Source: Klebsormidium nitens (Eukaryota > Plantae > Klebsormidiophyceae). From it: a DNA stretch of 64,000 nucleotides. The stretch spans positions 62,001-126,000 of the forward strand of contig DF237118.1 of the NCBI GenBank assembly GCA_000708835.1, given 5' to 3'. Below the pieces are notes generated by a model. It had not been told where the DNA came from. It saw only the letters and a list, made by a program, of their open reading frames with translations, and did no database searches. This document shows, piece after piece, positions 11,864 through 23,700 of the stretch. A program made the position numbers and the translations under genes. Each line of letters begins with the position of its first letter. Position 1 is the stretch's first letter.

Positions 11864-14800
11864 TTACTTGAAGCACTTGACCTCGACCACCGTCTTCCCG
11901 TCGATCGTGTCGGGCTCCTCCAGGAGGTCGTTCACCCGCTCCTTCTGCTCAGAGTCGTTGACGTCGACCTGAAAAGATGATGGTAAAGTCATTCAGCATC
12001 TTCGTGATAGGTTCGGGTTGTGCACCGTTGTTTTACTGTGTACTTGGTGGTGCTGAGAGCAGGCCCCAAAGCAAAGAAAACGATGTTCACAATGATAAAA
12101 TTGGCAGGAGCAGTGGGTGACTGGTAACGCCGAACAATATTTTGTCTGCTCTGTTGTCCTGGCCGATCGGCACCCAACAAACGAATTTCAAAGGAACTCC
12201 ATCGATAAGTTCTTTGAGCGAACAGTTCAAACATTCAGAATACCACTTTATCAACTATCGGCCTAGCAAACCCATCACCAAGCTTTTCAATCTAAACCAC
12301 CCATACCACCCGGCTCCGAAATACACGTCCTTTCCAGAACGGACACCAGAGGCGCTGTTTGCAAACAAGAATGTAGAGCGGCTATCACATGCCCTCCCCC
12401 TTCCTTGAATATGTTAGGTTTCTTGCTCTTCATAATGGACATCGTTGATTCCCAGTACCAGCCTTCAGGCTGCTAATTCAGACCCCTGCCCCATTTTAGC
12501 TGCATCCCGACCGTTCAACACATGACCCAGGCAAGAGCACGAAAGGCAGTCGCAGGAAATCTCAGCAAATGAAAGAGAAATGTAGAAGTCCAGAGAGAAA
12601 TCTGAACAGCCATGAAACACGAGATCTTTGGCACTCAGCAGGGAAATATTAGCAAGAAAACAAATACGAAGACGGATGCAACTTTTAGGGGGCGGCGTGT
12701 GCCCGTAGCGCCTTGACGATCAAATTGCCCGTCTAAACGCAGCTCGAGTTGCTAAATCTATTACCACATGATCGGATTCTCGGCGACACGACAGCAGTTT
12801 ATCATACAGAGTGGCTGCCGTGGTATCACGTAGGTTAGCGCCCTCATTAAGGAAAGGAACGACGAAGTAAGATAGAGAAGAAATTCCCAATCCACATATC
12901 CTTCCGGCCCTCACCTTGGCCCAGTCGTAGAGCTCCATATCGTACGACTCGTCGAGGACCTGCTTGGGGATCTCGGTCCCCCGGAAGAGCCACACCCCGC
13001 TGATGTGGAACGGCCCGCCCGCCTTCTCCTCCAGAATGGCCATCTTGGCGAATGCGTGCTTCCGCACAAAGTCCATGCGTTGCAGGAAACCGGAGACCTT
13101 GTTCATCGTCATGAACGACGCGGTGTTCTCCTCCGTGTACTTGTACTCGCAGAACCAGAGGGAGTAGCCCGCGGGGTCGTAGCTGGCCCAGAAACCTGCG
13201 AGGGGAGCAAGGAGGGTGGTGAGATGGGGTCAGCTTTGGCTGAAAGATTTGAGAAAAAGTGGAGCGGATGGAGCTCGCTTGGTCCGCAAGCTGCTTACGG
13301 ATTTTTTTCAAGCATGGGACGTGTTAACTTGGACGTGCAAGGGCAGCGAAAACCGGCAATGGCTGTGCGCTGATCTGCCCGAGCAGCCGACGGGCCATGA
13401 TCGATTGGGGTGCCAGAGCGGGGAGAGAGGATGGGAAACTGGGAAGGAGCGAAGGTAATTCAAGAAAATAGGCATGAAGTGACCTTCTTCAATGCAATGA
13501 TGTAACCCAGGACTTCCGGAAAAGGGAAAGCACAAGTTAAAAGTAGACGACAGGCAATTCGAACATGAAAAGATGACACACAGGGATGCAGAAATTGCAA
13601 GAAGAGGCCCAGAACAAAGGGAGAAGCCCAACTGTGGGCACGGCAAGCTACCGAATGAAAGAACTGGTGGCGTGGTGACATCAACGAGCCTGCGCAAGAA
13701 ACAGCCAACTTATCCGCACTCCTCACCTTTGATGGCCACCTCTCTGAAGTCCTTGACTTTCGTGTTGGAGTACAACCGCTTCCAGTCGTCCATGACCATG
13801 GGGGAGGGGGGGAGCAGGTCTAGGGGGTTCTTGGGCTTAGGCGCAGGCTTGGGTTCATCGTCCTCATCGGCAGCGGGGGCGGGGGCGGCCTCCTTCTTCG
13901 GCTTGGGCTCCTCCTTCTTCTTCTCTGCCTTGGGGGCGGCCGCGGGCTTCTCGGAGACGGGCATCTCCTTGGCGGCCTGAGTGACCTCACCGATTACCTG
14001 GGGGAGAGCAGAACGGAGTGGGTACGTAAGCGTCTGCTTTAGATTGTTTCTTTCATGTGAAAAAGGTTCATTGTAAGGGCTCGAACGCAGAAAGAACCGT
14101 CTGCAAACCAACCAATCAAGCACATTATTCCCTACTCCTTGGAAGTCTGAGTGACCTCGCCGATGACCTGGGGGAGAGCAGAACAGAATGGTGCGTAAGG
14201 GTCTGCTTTGCATCCGATTGTTTGTAGGTGTTCGTTTTGAGGAGCTTGGAATGCAGAAGCGATTGCCTGGAAACCTGCCAACGGTTCGCCTTCCGACTCA
14301 ACCGTTTTGCAAAGACAAACTTTGGTGAGTGGAAAGTGTCAGACGCACTGTTCAGGTGACCTTGTGGCGCAGTATGGTACTCTGTGGAGTGCTATGATAC
14401 TGGTGAAGGTCGTGATATCACTATTTGAACAGATTGATCGGTCAACAAAATGCGAGTGCCATGAAAGAGGGATTCGGCGAACCGAAAAGAAGGTGTCCTA
14501 CACTTCAGCGCAATCTAATCCCAGAGGCTGCTTCAGCCATGGCCACAAGAAAAGCTGCTTTCATGAAATGTCTAGCTCGTCCCATGACGACGCTTTTTCG
14601 TCATAGCCTGGTCTTGTGGAGTATCGTCACTGAAGAGAAACGAATCTGAAACGGAATGCCATGCCCGCGCTCATCCTTACGGAGTTTCACGCGAGGAGAA
14701 AAAATGCCGGAATGAATGCTCGGCCCTCACCTTCTTGAACTCTGGTTGGTTGACCTGGGTCCAGAAGTAGCGGGTTACGTGGGGGAAGGGTTTGAGGAAA

Positions 14801-17154
14801 CCCGAGGTGAGGACGTTCTGGATGCCACCAAGCAGGTTGCACGCCACGATGATGTCAGCAACCGTCACCTTGTTGCCGACCAGGTATGTGCGGGATGCGA
14901 GGTAGTTGTTGAGCGTTTTGAGCCCCTCCATGGCCTTGCCCTTGACGGCACCTTCCCTCTGTAATCAGAAACGTACTTGACACGCCTGAACATTTTTAGG
15001 TGCTGGGTGCGACTCCGGATGGAAATTGCACTGGTCCAGGTGTTGTGATATGCGAATCCCCTGACAACCGGTTCGAGGACCTGAAGCCAGCAAATCTATG
15101 TGACCCCCCCTATGGCTCCCGATTCGCATGCGGAGTAGTCGGTCATGGATTCTCGACCAACTGCAGGTGGGACACTGACAGCTAAGTCATCATGCAAGCC
15201 TGAAGCTTCGTAGTGAACAACAACAATTTCATCTTTAGCTACATCTGTGCAGAAAATTTTTGTGAGAAGGTACTCACGGTCTTGTCATAGGGCATCCTGC
15301 CTGCCCTCATGGACACCCATTCCTGGACGTAACCCCTGATCTCATTCTGGGAGAAGTCAACCCACTGGTCCACAAGAGCCTGGAGAGGAGCGCATCATTC
15401 CGGGTGTCAGACAATCATCGCTTCGATGAAAGCTGTTGATCAGTAGCTCCTGACTTCAATGAGTTTTCTCGGTGGGTGGCTCCTGATAGTAAAAGCTGGA
15501 GAGACATTCTCTTAAGCAACGAAAGGTGTGCCTATCTGTGCTGCATCACTTCCAGGAGCATGCCACTGTCTGTACCCAGGCGCTACTTTGCACTCTGTGA
15601 TTCTCTGCTTCATCACAAGTTCACTCTGTAATCCTCTGCTTCATCACTAGTACTTCCAACAACACGAGAAGAGTTATGCTCATCAGTTATGATAATCGCA
15701 GCTCCTGCAAGCATTGCGCGGGCCCAAATGATGACTTTCTCCTCTGCTTGCAGTCAAAAGCTTTTAGCAGACACCACAACTTCCGTGGCACCTGCATTGG
15801 CGTCATATCCAAAACAGACAATCCTATATACAAACATGATTGAAGAAACAATGCAAGCTAAGTTCCCATTCACCTGATCTTGCAGCTTGGCAGGGTACAG
15901 CTCGACCGCCGGCCTCAGTTTTGAAACTGCAGGCAGGACAATACCTTCTGAGACAGATGCTTGACAAAAAGAGGTGGCATCAATATTGCAGATGAAACAG
16001 CAATGTGACCGAAACAAAGTATGTGAGCAGAGTGGTTGGACACAGCCACGGTCTGCGTTGCAGTGTCTATCTTCTGCACCCCTGATCCCCGCTACAGTTT
16101 AGACGTGAGCACAAACTTTGTGTTGGATGAGTGCTGCGACACTCACCATACTTGGCGATTGCATTGCTCTCAAAGATAGGGCCTTGCGGTGTCACAAGCA
16201 CTGGTACCTGCAAGCACAAAATTTCCAATTCAAGCAGTTCAAAGGCGATCCAAGATCAAACCGTTACCAAAATCAGCAACACGGCGACACGAAAGAGTAC
16301 ATTCAGAGACGAGGAGTACTCCAAGTAAGTGATACTGTCTATTGAGTTGGCTGTCAATGTTAATCATACAATACGTGCTGCTACAATGGCACTCGCGAAG
16401 CGCCACTTTGTTATTAAACAGCTTCATCTGAATCACTGCAACATGCAATCGGCAAGAAGGTGTTTCGTAAACATGAACCTGCCTAGTGGCGAACATTCAC
16501 CTTTCCAGCCGGGTTCAACTTGAGGAACTCTGGCGTCTTGTTCTGTGTCCCAAGTTCGACGGGCACAGACTCGATTGACTCCCCAACATACTCGGCCGCA
16601 ATCAGGGCCTTGAAAACATTGGCGTTAGGCACCGACCCGTAGAGTTTCTGCAAAAAGACAAACTTGTCACCTCAGAGGTGATCCTTGAAGGAACTGGTCC
16701 TCGCACCTGCCTTGCATAGAACAAAAACGTGTACAACCATACGCGAATTTGCTTTTCCGGTCAAATAGGGTAGAAAAGCAATCAGCTATGCTCTAAGACA
16801 CCTAAGAGCAGATTAGTAACAGGCCGTCTGTATGTTATACTGCAATCATGGTTCTCGGACAGCAGTGCAAACACTTCAGATTACAAAGACTAAACAACAA
16901 CTTCAGAAGATGCCTAGATGCCAGCAAACCATTACCACCATATGCATGCAACTGCGACAAATCCTTGAAAAAAGATAAGATACTTGAGTGCCAGATCCAA
17001 CCACCAAATGATCAGTACCTGGGAGGAATGTGCTAATTAGGAAGCTCGCATTCTGCAGATCGAATTGATTCGTTACAAAAAGCACAAAAGGGCTTGTATA
17101 CGCCAAATCACTCGTGCCGCCAGATCCAACAGTCCGGAAACTCACCAGCGCCAT
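11864..17154 (-). CDS. EEF1G: Translation elongation factor 1B gamma (GST-N, GST-C, Lys/Ala/Pro linker, EF1G C-terminal domain)
   Basis: Exons 17154-17146, 16647-16501, 16207-16147, 15926-15874, 15379-15278, 14958-14731, 13997-13727, 13195-12915 and 11968-11864. Motifs: KALIAAEY, NPAGK/VPVL.TP.GPIFESNAIAKY, LVDQWVDF, YLVGNKVTVADI, KPKNPLDLLPPSPMVMDDWKRLYSN, FW..YDP.GYSLWFCEYKY, NKVSGFLQRMD and ISGVWLFRG. Confidence 0.98.
14132..14215 (-). repeat. Duplicated 3' splice site plus start of exon 7 of eEF1B-gamma (decoy or alternative acceptor)
   Basis: The copy TTCTGCTCTCCCCCAG|GTCATCGGCGAGGTCACTCAG lies 170 bp from the genuine TTCTGCTCTCCCCCAG|GTAATCGGTGAGGTCACTCAG and ends in TAG after 11 codons. 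Confidence 0.9.
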
Positions 17155-17529
17155 GTTTGCAGGGCGATCTCTCCTTCTTTGAAAACCTTCGCGATTCCCC
17201 TCCCAATGCGTTCTCCTGATCTCTGGAATAGATTCTAGGCGCTAGCAACAAATGCAGTGCTCAGTTTCAGTAGAGATAGGCAGTACACGTAAGCTCTGCA
17301 GGCTTTCTTTCTGAACCCTGGTGGGTTACGCGGGTGGTCGTAACCTGGTAACGTAAACCGACCGTAACCTTGAGGAATCTTGAAGAAGCTGCACACCGTT
17401 CGATCGGATTGAGATTCAAATCCGACGTCAGCGAAGAAGCTTTATCGACGGTTCAGGACGCTCTCATCTAGCGCATGGTCGAATGAACGACTCCAGGATC
17501 CTTCAAACTTGAATTAGAGAAGCCACCCC

Positions 17530-17573
17530 GGCCCACTCTGATTTCAAGGCCGGCCTGGGCCTGGGCCTGGGCT
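17530..17573. promoter_or_regulatory. Site II (TGGGCY) cluster in the bidirectional eEF1B-gamma/SRS2 promoter
   Basis: TGGGCC 17556-17561, TGGGCC 17562-17567, TGGGCT 17568-17573 and reverse-strand GGCCCA 17530-17535. The two ATGs (17154 minus, 17764 plus) are about 610 bp apart. Confidence 0.55.
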
Positions 17574-17763
17574 GGATCTCACGATTCGCGCCATTGGCAT
17601 TGGCATGAGCTTGGGGTTTGACGGGAACATCCGAGCCTGGATGTCTACCTACCGTAGACGTATTGAAGGTAGGTAAGACGCAGAGGAGACATGGTTCAAC
17701 GTTGAGCGCACAACGCGAAGGCGCACCAGCTTCTTCTGAAAGAGCTGTTGAGGCAACGTCCAA

Positions 17764-20700
17764 ATGGATTCTTCGCCTTTTGGGGGGGTCTCATTTGCCG
17801 CCATGCTGACAGCAGAACAGCGGGAGCGAATGCTGCGCAACAAGCAGGCCGCCCAAGAACGCCTTGAAAGTAGCAGAAAGAAGCAATGCACGGGCAATGC
17901 TTTCATTCCTACGGGAAACCCTTACTTCTCTGTCAGCTCTTCTGAAAAGACTGGACCAAATGCAAGGGGCCCAATCACTGGAAACATTTCCTCTGAATCA
18001 GCTGGTGCGGACCTTCCTAACAGTTCCAGTATCCGCACATTTCCCAATCTGTCTGAGCTGGGACAGTCTCATATGGCAAAGCAGGCCGCGCCGCCGTTGT
18101 GGGTCAAGGAGGGTGCTCGCAGTGTGTTGGGGCTTCTCAACGGGAATGCTGTGTCATCACGGCCTGCTGTAGGGCAAAGCCCGCAAAGCATCAAGCCAAT
18201 AAACCCCAATGACAGAGCTGCCAATGACAGGACCCCTTGGCAGCTACCATCACTCCCCTTGGTTTCCACATCCTCGTCTCAAAGGGAGGTCTCGCAGCAG
18301 TCTCAAGGTGCATCTGGCAGCGGCGTCTTCTTAGCAGCATCACTTCAGGCTTGCAGCAAGTTGCCTCCCACCAATCAGGGGCTGCCACCTGGCACTATAC
18401 AATCCAAGTCCACTGGCACTCATGCACCTGATCTTCGCAACCCCACTGCTCTGAAGCCTCAGGTACAGAGTCCTGCGCAGTTTGAGGATAGCCCTGAATT
18501 TGACGACAACTGGTTGCAAGAGATAGACAGCCTGTGTGAGGCGCGGAGGGTGGGCTCACAGCCGCGCAGAGTTAGTTGCGAACTAAGAGAAAGGCTCAGA
18601 GAGCCAGTCATGATTGTTGGCCAGGAGAAAAGGGTTAACAAAGTGAGCGCACTGCCAGGAGAGTGCTTGCTGGAAATCAGGCCCTCGATGCCGGCTGAGT
18701 GTGTCCAGTCTGCAAGGCCTCAGGTTTCTTCTGAGGGGACAGAATTGGCAGGCGCATCGAGCTTTCCCATTGGAGCAGTATCTGATTCTCTGCTAGTTGG
18801 ATTTTCGCATCTGCCCCACATTCCTGGCTCTAGTCTAGCACCAAGCAAACTGCCCCTTGCCGGTCACCTTAGCAATGCAGCAGCCACTTCAGAAAGAATC
18901 AATTTTAGTGAGAAGGAAACCCTTCGCCTAGGCCCCGACACAAGGCCTCCAGCGTCAAACCCAGCTTCAGTCTCAAACTCAGCTGCTGCCAGAGGCCCTG
19001 TTAGCCACCAACCCACATCCCCCTTGGGACCTGCAAGAAACGATGAACTTCCTATCAAAGAGTGTGTCCCAGTCACTCCCACACCTAATAGCATAGGTCT
19101 GCTGCCAGCTTCCTCTGGCTGGCGCACAGTCGTGAGGGACCGATCACAACCCCCAGAGACGTCACAGCGATCCATTGAGTCAGGTCAGCAGACTCCCCAG
19201 CGCACAGTCGCTCTGCCTGGTGCGGAGAGTGTCAAGAGCTGCGCTAGGGAAGAGACTGGGGAGCATGCGACACCGCAGCAACGGAGGGGAGGTTTTGGAG
19301 AACGTGGTGTCATTAGTTGGGACTGCGAAGCAGGGCCGGCGGAGGTGACACCAAAGGGGGCGATCCGCGCTGGGACGCGGCAGCTGAGGCAGGAGTCAAT
19401 CCAGTTTCAGATCCGTAAGTATCCTAGCCCAAGTGCCTCGTCATCTAAACCAAGACGGGGTTTACAGGGAGGGCCAAGCTGCCAATCTTTACCGGCCGAC
19501 TCCCCGCAGGACCAACGCCCTGACCCTCTCGCTAACCCGCCTCTTAACCCCGTTGCGAACAGCCCCCAAAGCCCGCTCCAAACCCAGCTCTGCAGTCCCA
19601 CAGCAATTCAAGTTCGTCACTCCTTTCCTGGAAGCAAAGGAGGAACACCCGCGCAAAATCCTCAAACCTTCGCAACAACGTTAACGGTGCCCGCCCCGCC
19701 CCCTCTCCCCCCCCCTCGGGAGACCTCCGCAGACTCAGACGGCCAACCACTGGGATCAGAGTCTGAATTGCCCTCCCCCCCACAACCACCAGCGTCCTTG
19801 CTAGCCCATCTCGACCCCCCCATTGGCGAGGACGACGGGATGCCGGGGTATTTACGCAAGCTGAACCCGTCCCAGAGGGAGGCGGTGTTAATGGGCGCGG
19901 ACCGGCCGCTGCTGGTGCTGGCGGGACCGGGGTCGGGGAAGACGAGTACCATGGTCGCCAGGCTGCTGTACCTGCTGAGCCAAGGCGTAAAAGCGTCCCA
20001 GGTGAGACAGATGTTATCAGCCGCTCAAGGGTTCTTTGCTGACTTTGTAATTTTATGCACAAAGAATCTGCTGTAGTGTTGCTGAAAGTGCTTGGAGTCT
20101 GAGACTGTTGTTCTTGCTGAGGCGTGAAAGCGTCTCTGGTGAGTCAGCCGGTCCCAAATTTCATCACCATGACGGGTGGGTTTGATATGGGGGTTTAAGG
20201 GTGGGCACAGGTGCGGAGCGGGTAGGATTTTCAGGTTATAGCTCTTGGTATAGACTTCGTTCTGATTTTGAATCACACGACGCAAGATACCAAGATTCGG
20301 GACTCGACGAAATAAAGCTCCAGCGTTTTTGAGGTAACGGAAGGTCTTACCATCAGATGCAGCATTTCGTCGACTTATCCTCACAGCACGAAAGCTACGC
20401 ATGCGGTGAAGTCGATGATCGCTTTTCGAAACTTGTCTACTGTTTGTAACTTGCAAGTGCTGGCGCTGACGTTCAGATCACGGCCGTGTTTCAAATGCGT
20501 AAGATGTGGCGTGCTAAGTGGGCAAGACGACTAGACTTGAGCATCTAAGATTATCCATCCTACAGAGTCATCAACCGTCTGAAACCAAGCTGAACTCAAA
20601 CCTCTAAACCATAAAAGCCAAAACCCCGCATCCCTCAGGTGCTGCCTCTGAAGTTCACAATCGCGGCGGCATCCGAGATGCGCGAGCGCGTGGGGCGCTA

Positions 20701-23700
20701 ATGATTATATTTGGGCCGAATTTGTCTATCCTACAGGGTTTTCAACCGTCTGAAACTTAGCTAAACTGTAAAACAATGAACCCCTAAATCCCGGTATCCC
20801 GCAACCCTTAGGTGCTGGCGCTGACGTTCACGATCGCGGCCGCGTCCGAGATGCGCGAGCGCGTGGCGCGCGAGGTGGGCAAGACGACCGCGAAGGAGCT
20901 GACCATCACCACCTTCCACTCCTTCTGCCTGCAGCTTTGCCGCACGCACGCCAAAAAGTGAGCCGCCGCTCTAGTTGTGCTTTTTCTGCGTCTGCATCAT
21001 ACAGGCGCAGGCAGTCTCCCAGTGGGCATGCACCCTCAGTCTCTTCCAATGAGGAAACCTTTCTTCAAACGCAAGTCTCTTGGTCTCTTGGTGTGGCCCG
21101 TTGAATGCCTTTAGTTTGTTAAGCCTAGGGGCGCACTTACAATCACACCTCTCTCGGTTGTCATCGTACCTGTCCCTGATTCGAAGTGTTACTCTCGTCA
21201 TTTTTCTCGCAGGCATATAATGCCCCCTTATCCGGGTATGCAGGGTCAACACCAGCTCAGAAAGCACCCTGCCGTTGCGGACTGCCTGTTTTTCAGTATC
21301 ACCAATTCAGACTGTAACAGACAGTCCGACTAACCGCCTTCTTTTCGGCCCTGCTGAGTCGAACCGACCTGTGCGCATTACCGCTGACATCCAAATCAAG
21401 CCTTTCTGCCCGCCTCTTTGTGAACTTTCAGAACAGGATCTCACAAAAAGCGCAGGGTCAAAACAGTACTTTCTTTGGAAAGGGCTCTGTAAAGACACGC
21501 CCGGGGATTATGTGGGGCTGGAATGGGTGCGCACCGCATCATAGCCGCATTCAGTCTCGTATTTTGTTGGAGCCACTACACCGGTTACTTTCTCAGACGT
21601 ATCAGATTCTTTTGAGTATCATGTTCTCTGAAGTCCTAACCGTAACTGCATGCAGGCTTGGGCGCATCCCCCACTTTCTTAATAGTCTGAACGTGAAGAG
21701 CTCATCGGTTCGAGACTTGGGACTGCTACACGCATGTCCACGAAAAGTCTCATCCCACTGAAGCTCCCTTACGAACCCGAAAATCCTAGAACCCAAACAA
21801 AATAACGGTTTTCAAAACCTTGAACTTTTAAACCCTAAATTTGCAGGCTTGGGCGCACCCCCCAGTTCCTGGTTTACGGCCCCTCGCAGCAGCGGCGCGC
21901 GGTGGTGGAGGCGCTGCGACTGATTGCGGGCGAGCGGGGGGGTGAAAACGCCGGGCTGATGGACCCCCGGCAGGCGAAGATGCAGGCCAAGAAGTGGGAG
22001 AAGTTCATTGCACAAGTACGGGGCTGACATCAGAGAGTGATGCGCTGCTGACGATATGCGTCTGCTATTTTTGCCTGTTCTCTCAGGACGGGGGAGCTTA
22101 AGGGTTCCAATTTAAAGTGATACGAAATTCTGGACGTTGAGTGTTTTGTTGTACCTCGATCTGATGGGTCCTTGGCGTCAGGAAAGGCGTATTTCCCGCC
22201 GAGAATGGTAGAGTTACTTCGCGGAACACTTGCAGTCATCCTCCCTAGCCCCTAGACCACCTCGGATTGTCTTGCTCCTTAGACCCTGGTCTTCTTGCCT
22301 GTCCGTCAGTTGGTAAGCAAAAGCCCTGAGCGCTGTAATATCAATCTTCGAGCAACTCAAGCTAGTGCCTATGCTTGACAGCACGTTCTTCGGAGAATAC
22401 GCACGCTTTTGTGAGCAAATTCTCTTCACCTCCAGGCCAAAGCGGACGGCAAGATGCCTGACCTCTATGCGCGAACCGGCAACGCGCCAAAGAGGTCGCG
22501 GCCGTCTTGGGCTTACACGACAAGACTCCCCAGCGTTGCAATCTTAAAATAGATGCTTTGATTGGATCTACGTGCTTTTGTCAAAATGAATCCTTCGTCA
22601 TCCTCCAGGCAAAAGCGGACGGCAAGACGCCTGACTTCTATGCGCGAAGCGGCAACACAGAGGGCGCCGCAGTTCTGGGGCACTACGAGGAGACGCTCCG
22701 GCGGTGCGACGCTCTGGACTACAGCGACTTCATCAGCTGCGTCGTGCGGTTGCTCGAGACCGACTCGGAAGGTGGGGCCACAGCACTTCCAACCGGCCAT
22801 CTTCGTTTTGCACCAAAGACCGGATGGATCTTACTTTTCTGGAAAGTTTTCCTACGACACGCACTACGGTTCGCGGTGTCTTTTTCTGAGTGCCTTCTCA
22901 AAGCTTTTTTACGGTGCGACGCTCTGGACTACAGCGACTTCATCAGCTGCGTCGTGCGGCTCCTTGAGACCGACTCGGACGGTGGGACACAGCACTTTCA
23001 ACCGGCCATCTTCGTTTTGCACCAAAGACCGGATGGATCTTATTTTCTGGAAGGTTCTCGTACGACACGCATTACGGTTCGCGCGTGTCTTTTCTGAGTG
23101 GCTTCTCAAAGGCTTCGACGGTGCGACGCTCTGGACTTCAGCGGCTTGATTAGCTGCGTCGTGGGGTTGCTCGAGACCGACTCGAAAGGTGGGGCACAGC
23201 ACTTTGGACTGGCCATGCACGTTTTGCACCAAAGACCGGATCGATCTTACCTTTCTGGAACTTTCTCGTACGACACGCGTTACGTTTCACGGGTGTCTTT
23301 TTCTGGGTGGCTTCTCGAATCTTTCGAGGGTACGACGCTCTGGACAACAACGACTCTATCAGCTGCGTCGTGCGGTTGCTTGAGACCGATTCCAAAAGTT
23401 TTAGTCACAGCAATTTCAGGTGACGTTCTACTTCTTCGACTTGATGGCATCTTCCCTTCGTGAACGGTTCTGAGAATTCTTTGTACGGCATTCGTTCGGC
23501 GTTCCCGTGTCTTTCTCGAGTCGCGTCTCAAAGTTGTTGACGGTGGCTGCTTAACACCGACTCGGAAGGTGCGGATTAAACTCAAGAAACATAATAACAG
23601 CTAAGTTTTGGGTAGGTAACCGCACTAGGACGGGTAGGGTTAGAGTGGGTAGGGGCCGAATCAGGTAGTACTTTTGGGTCAGCATTGTCTCGTCACTCGA

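Noticed and set aside
13005-13373. Plus-strand ORFs over eEF1B-gamma exons (also 13573-13980 and 14716-14964)
   Set aside because: Antisense shadows of GC3-rich coding exons.
17146-17154. 9-nt first coding exon of eEF1B-gamma as a novelty
   Set aside because: Very short first coding exons are common and not unusual in themselves.
22702-23580. Regularly spaced repeats as a CRISPR array
   Set aside because: Whole 210-bp units are homologous, with no unique spacers. They derive from a host exon, and there are no cas genes in this eukaryotic context.
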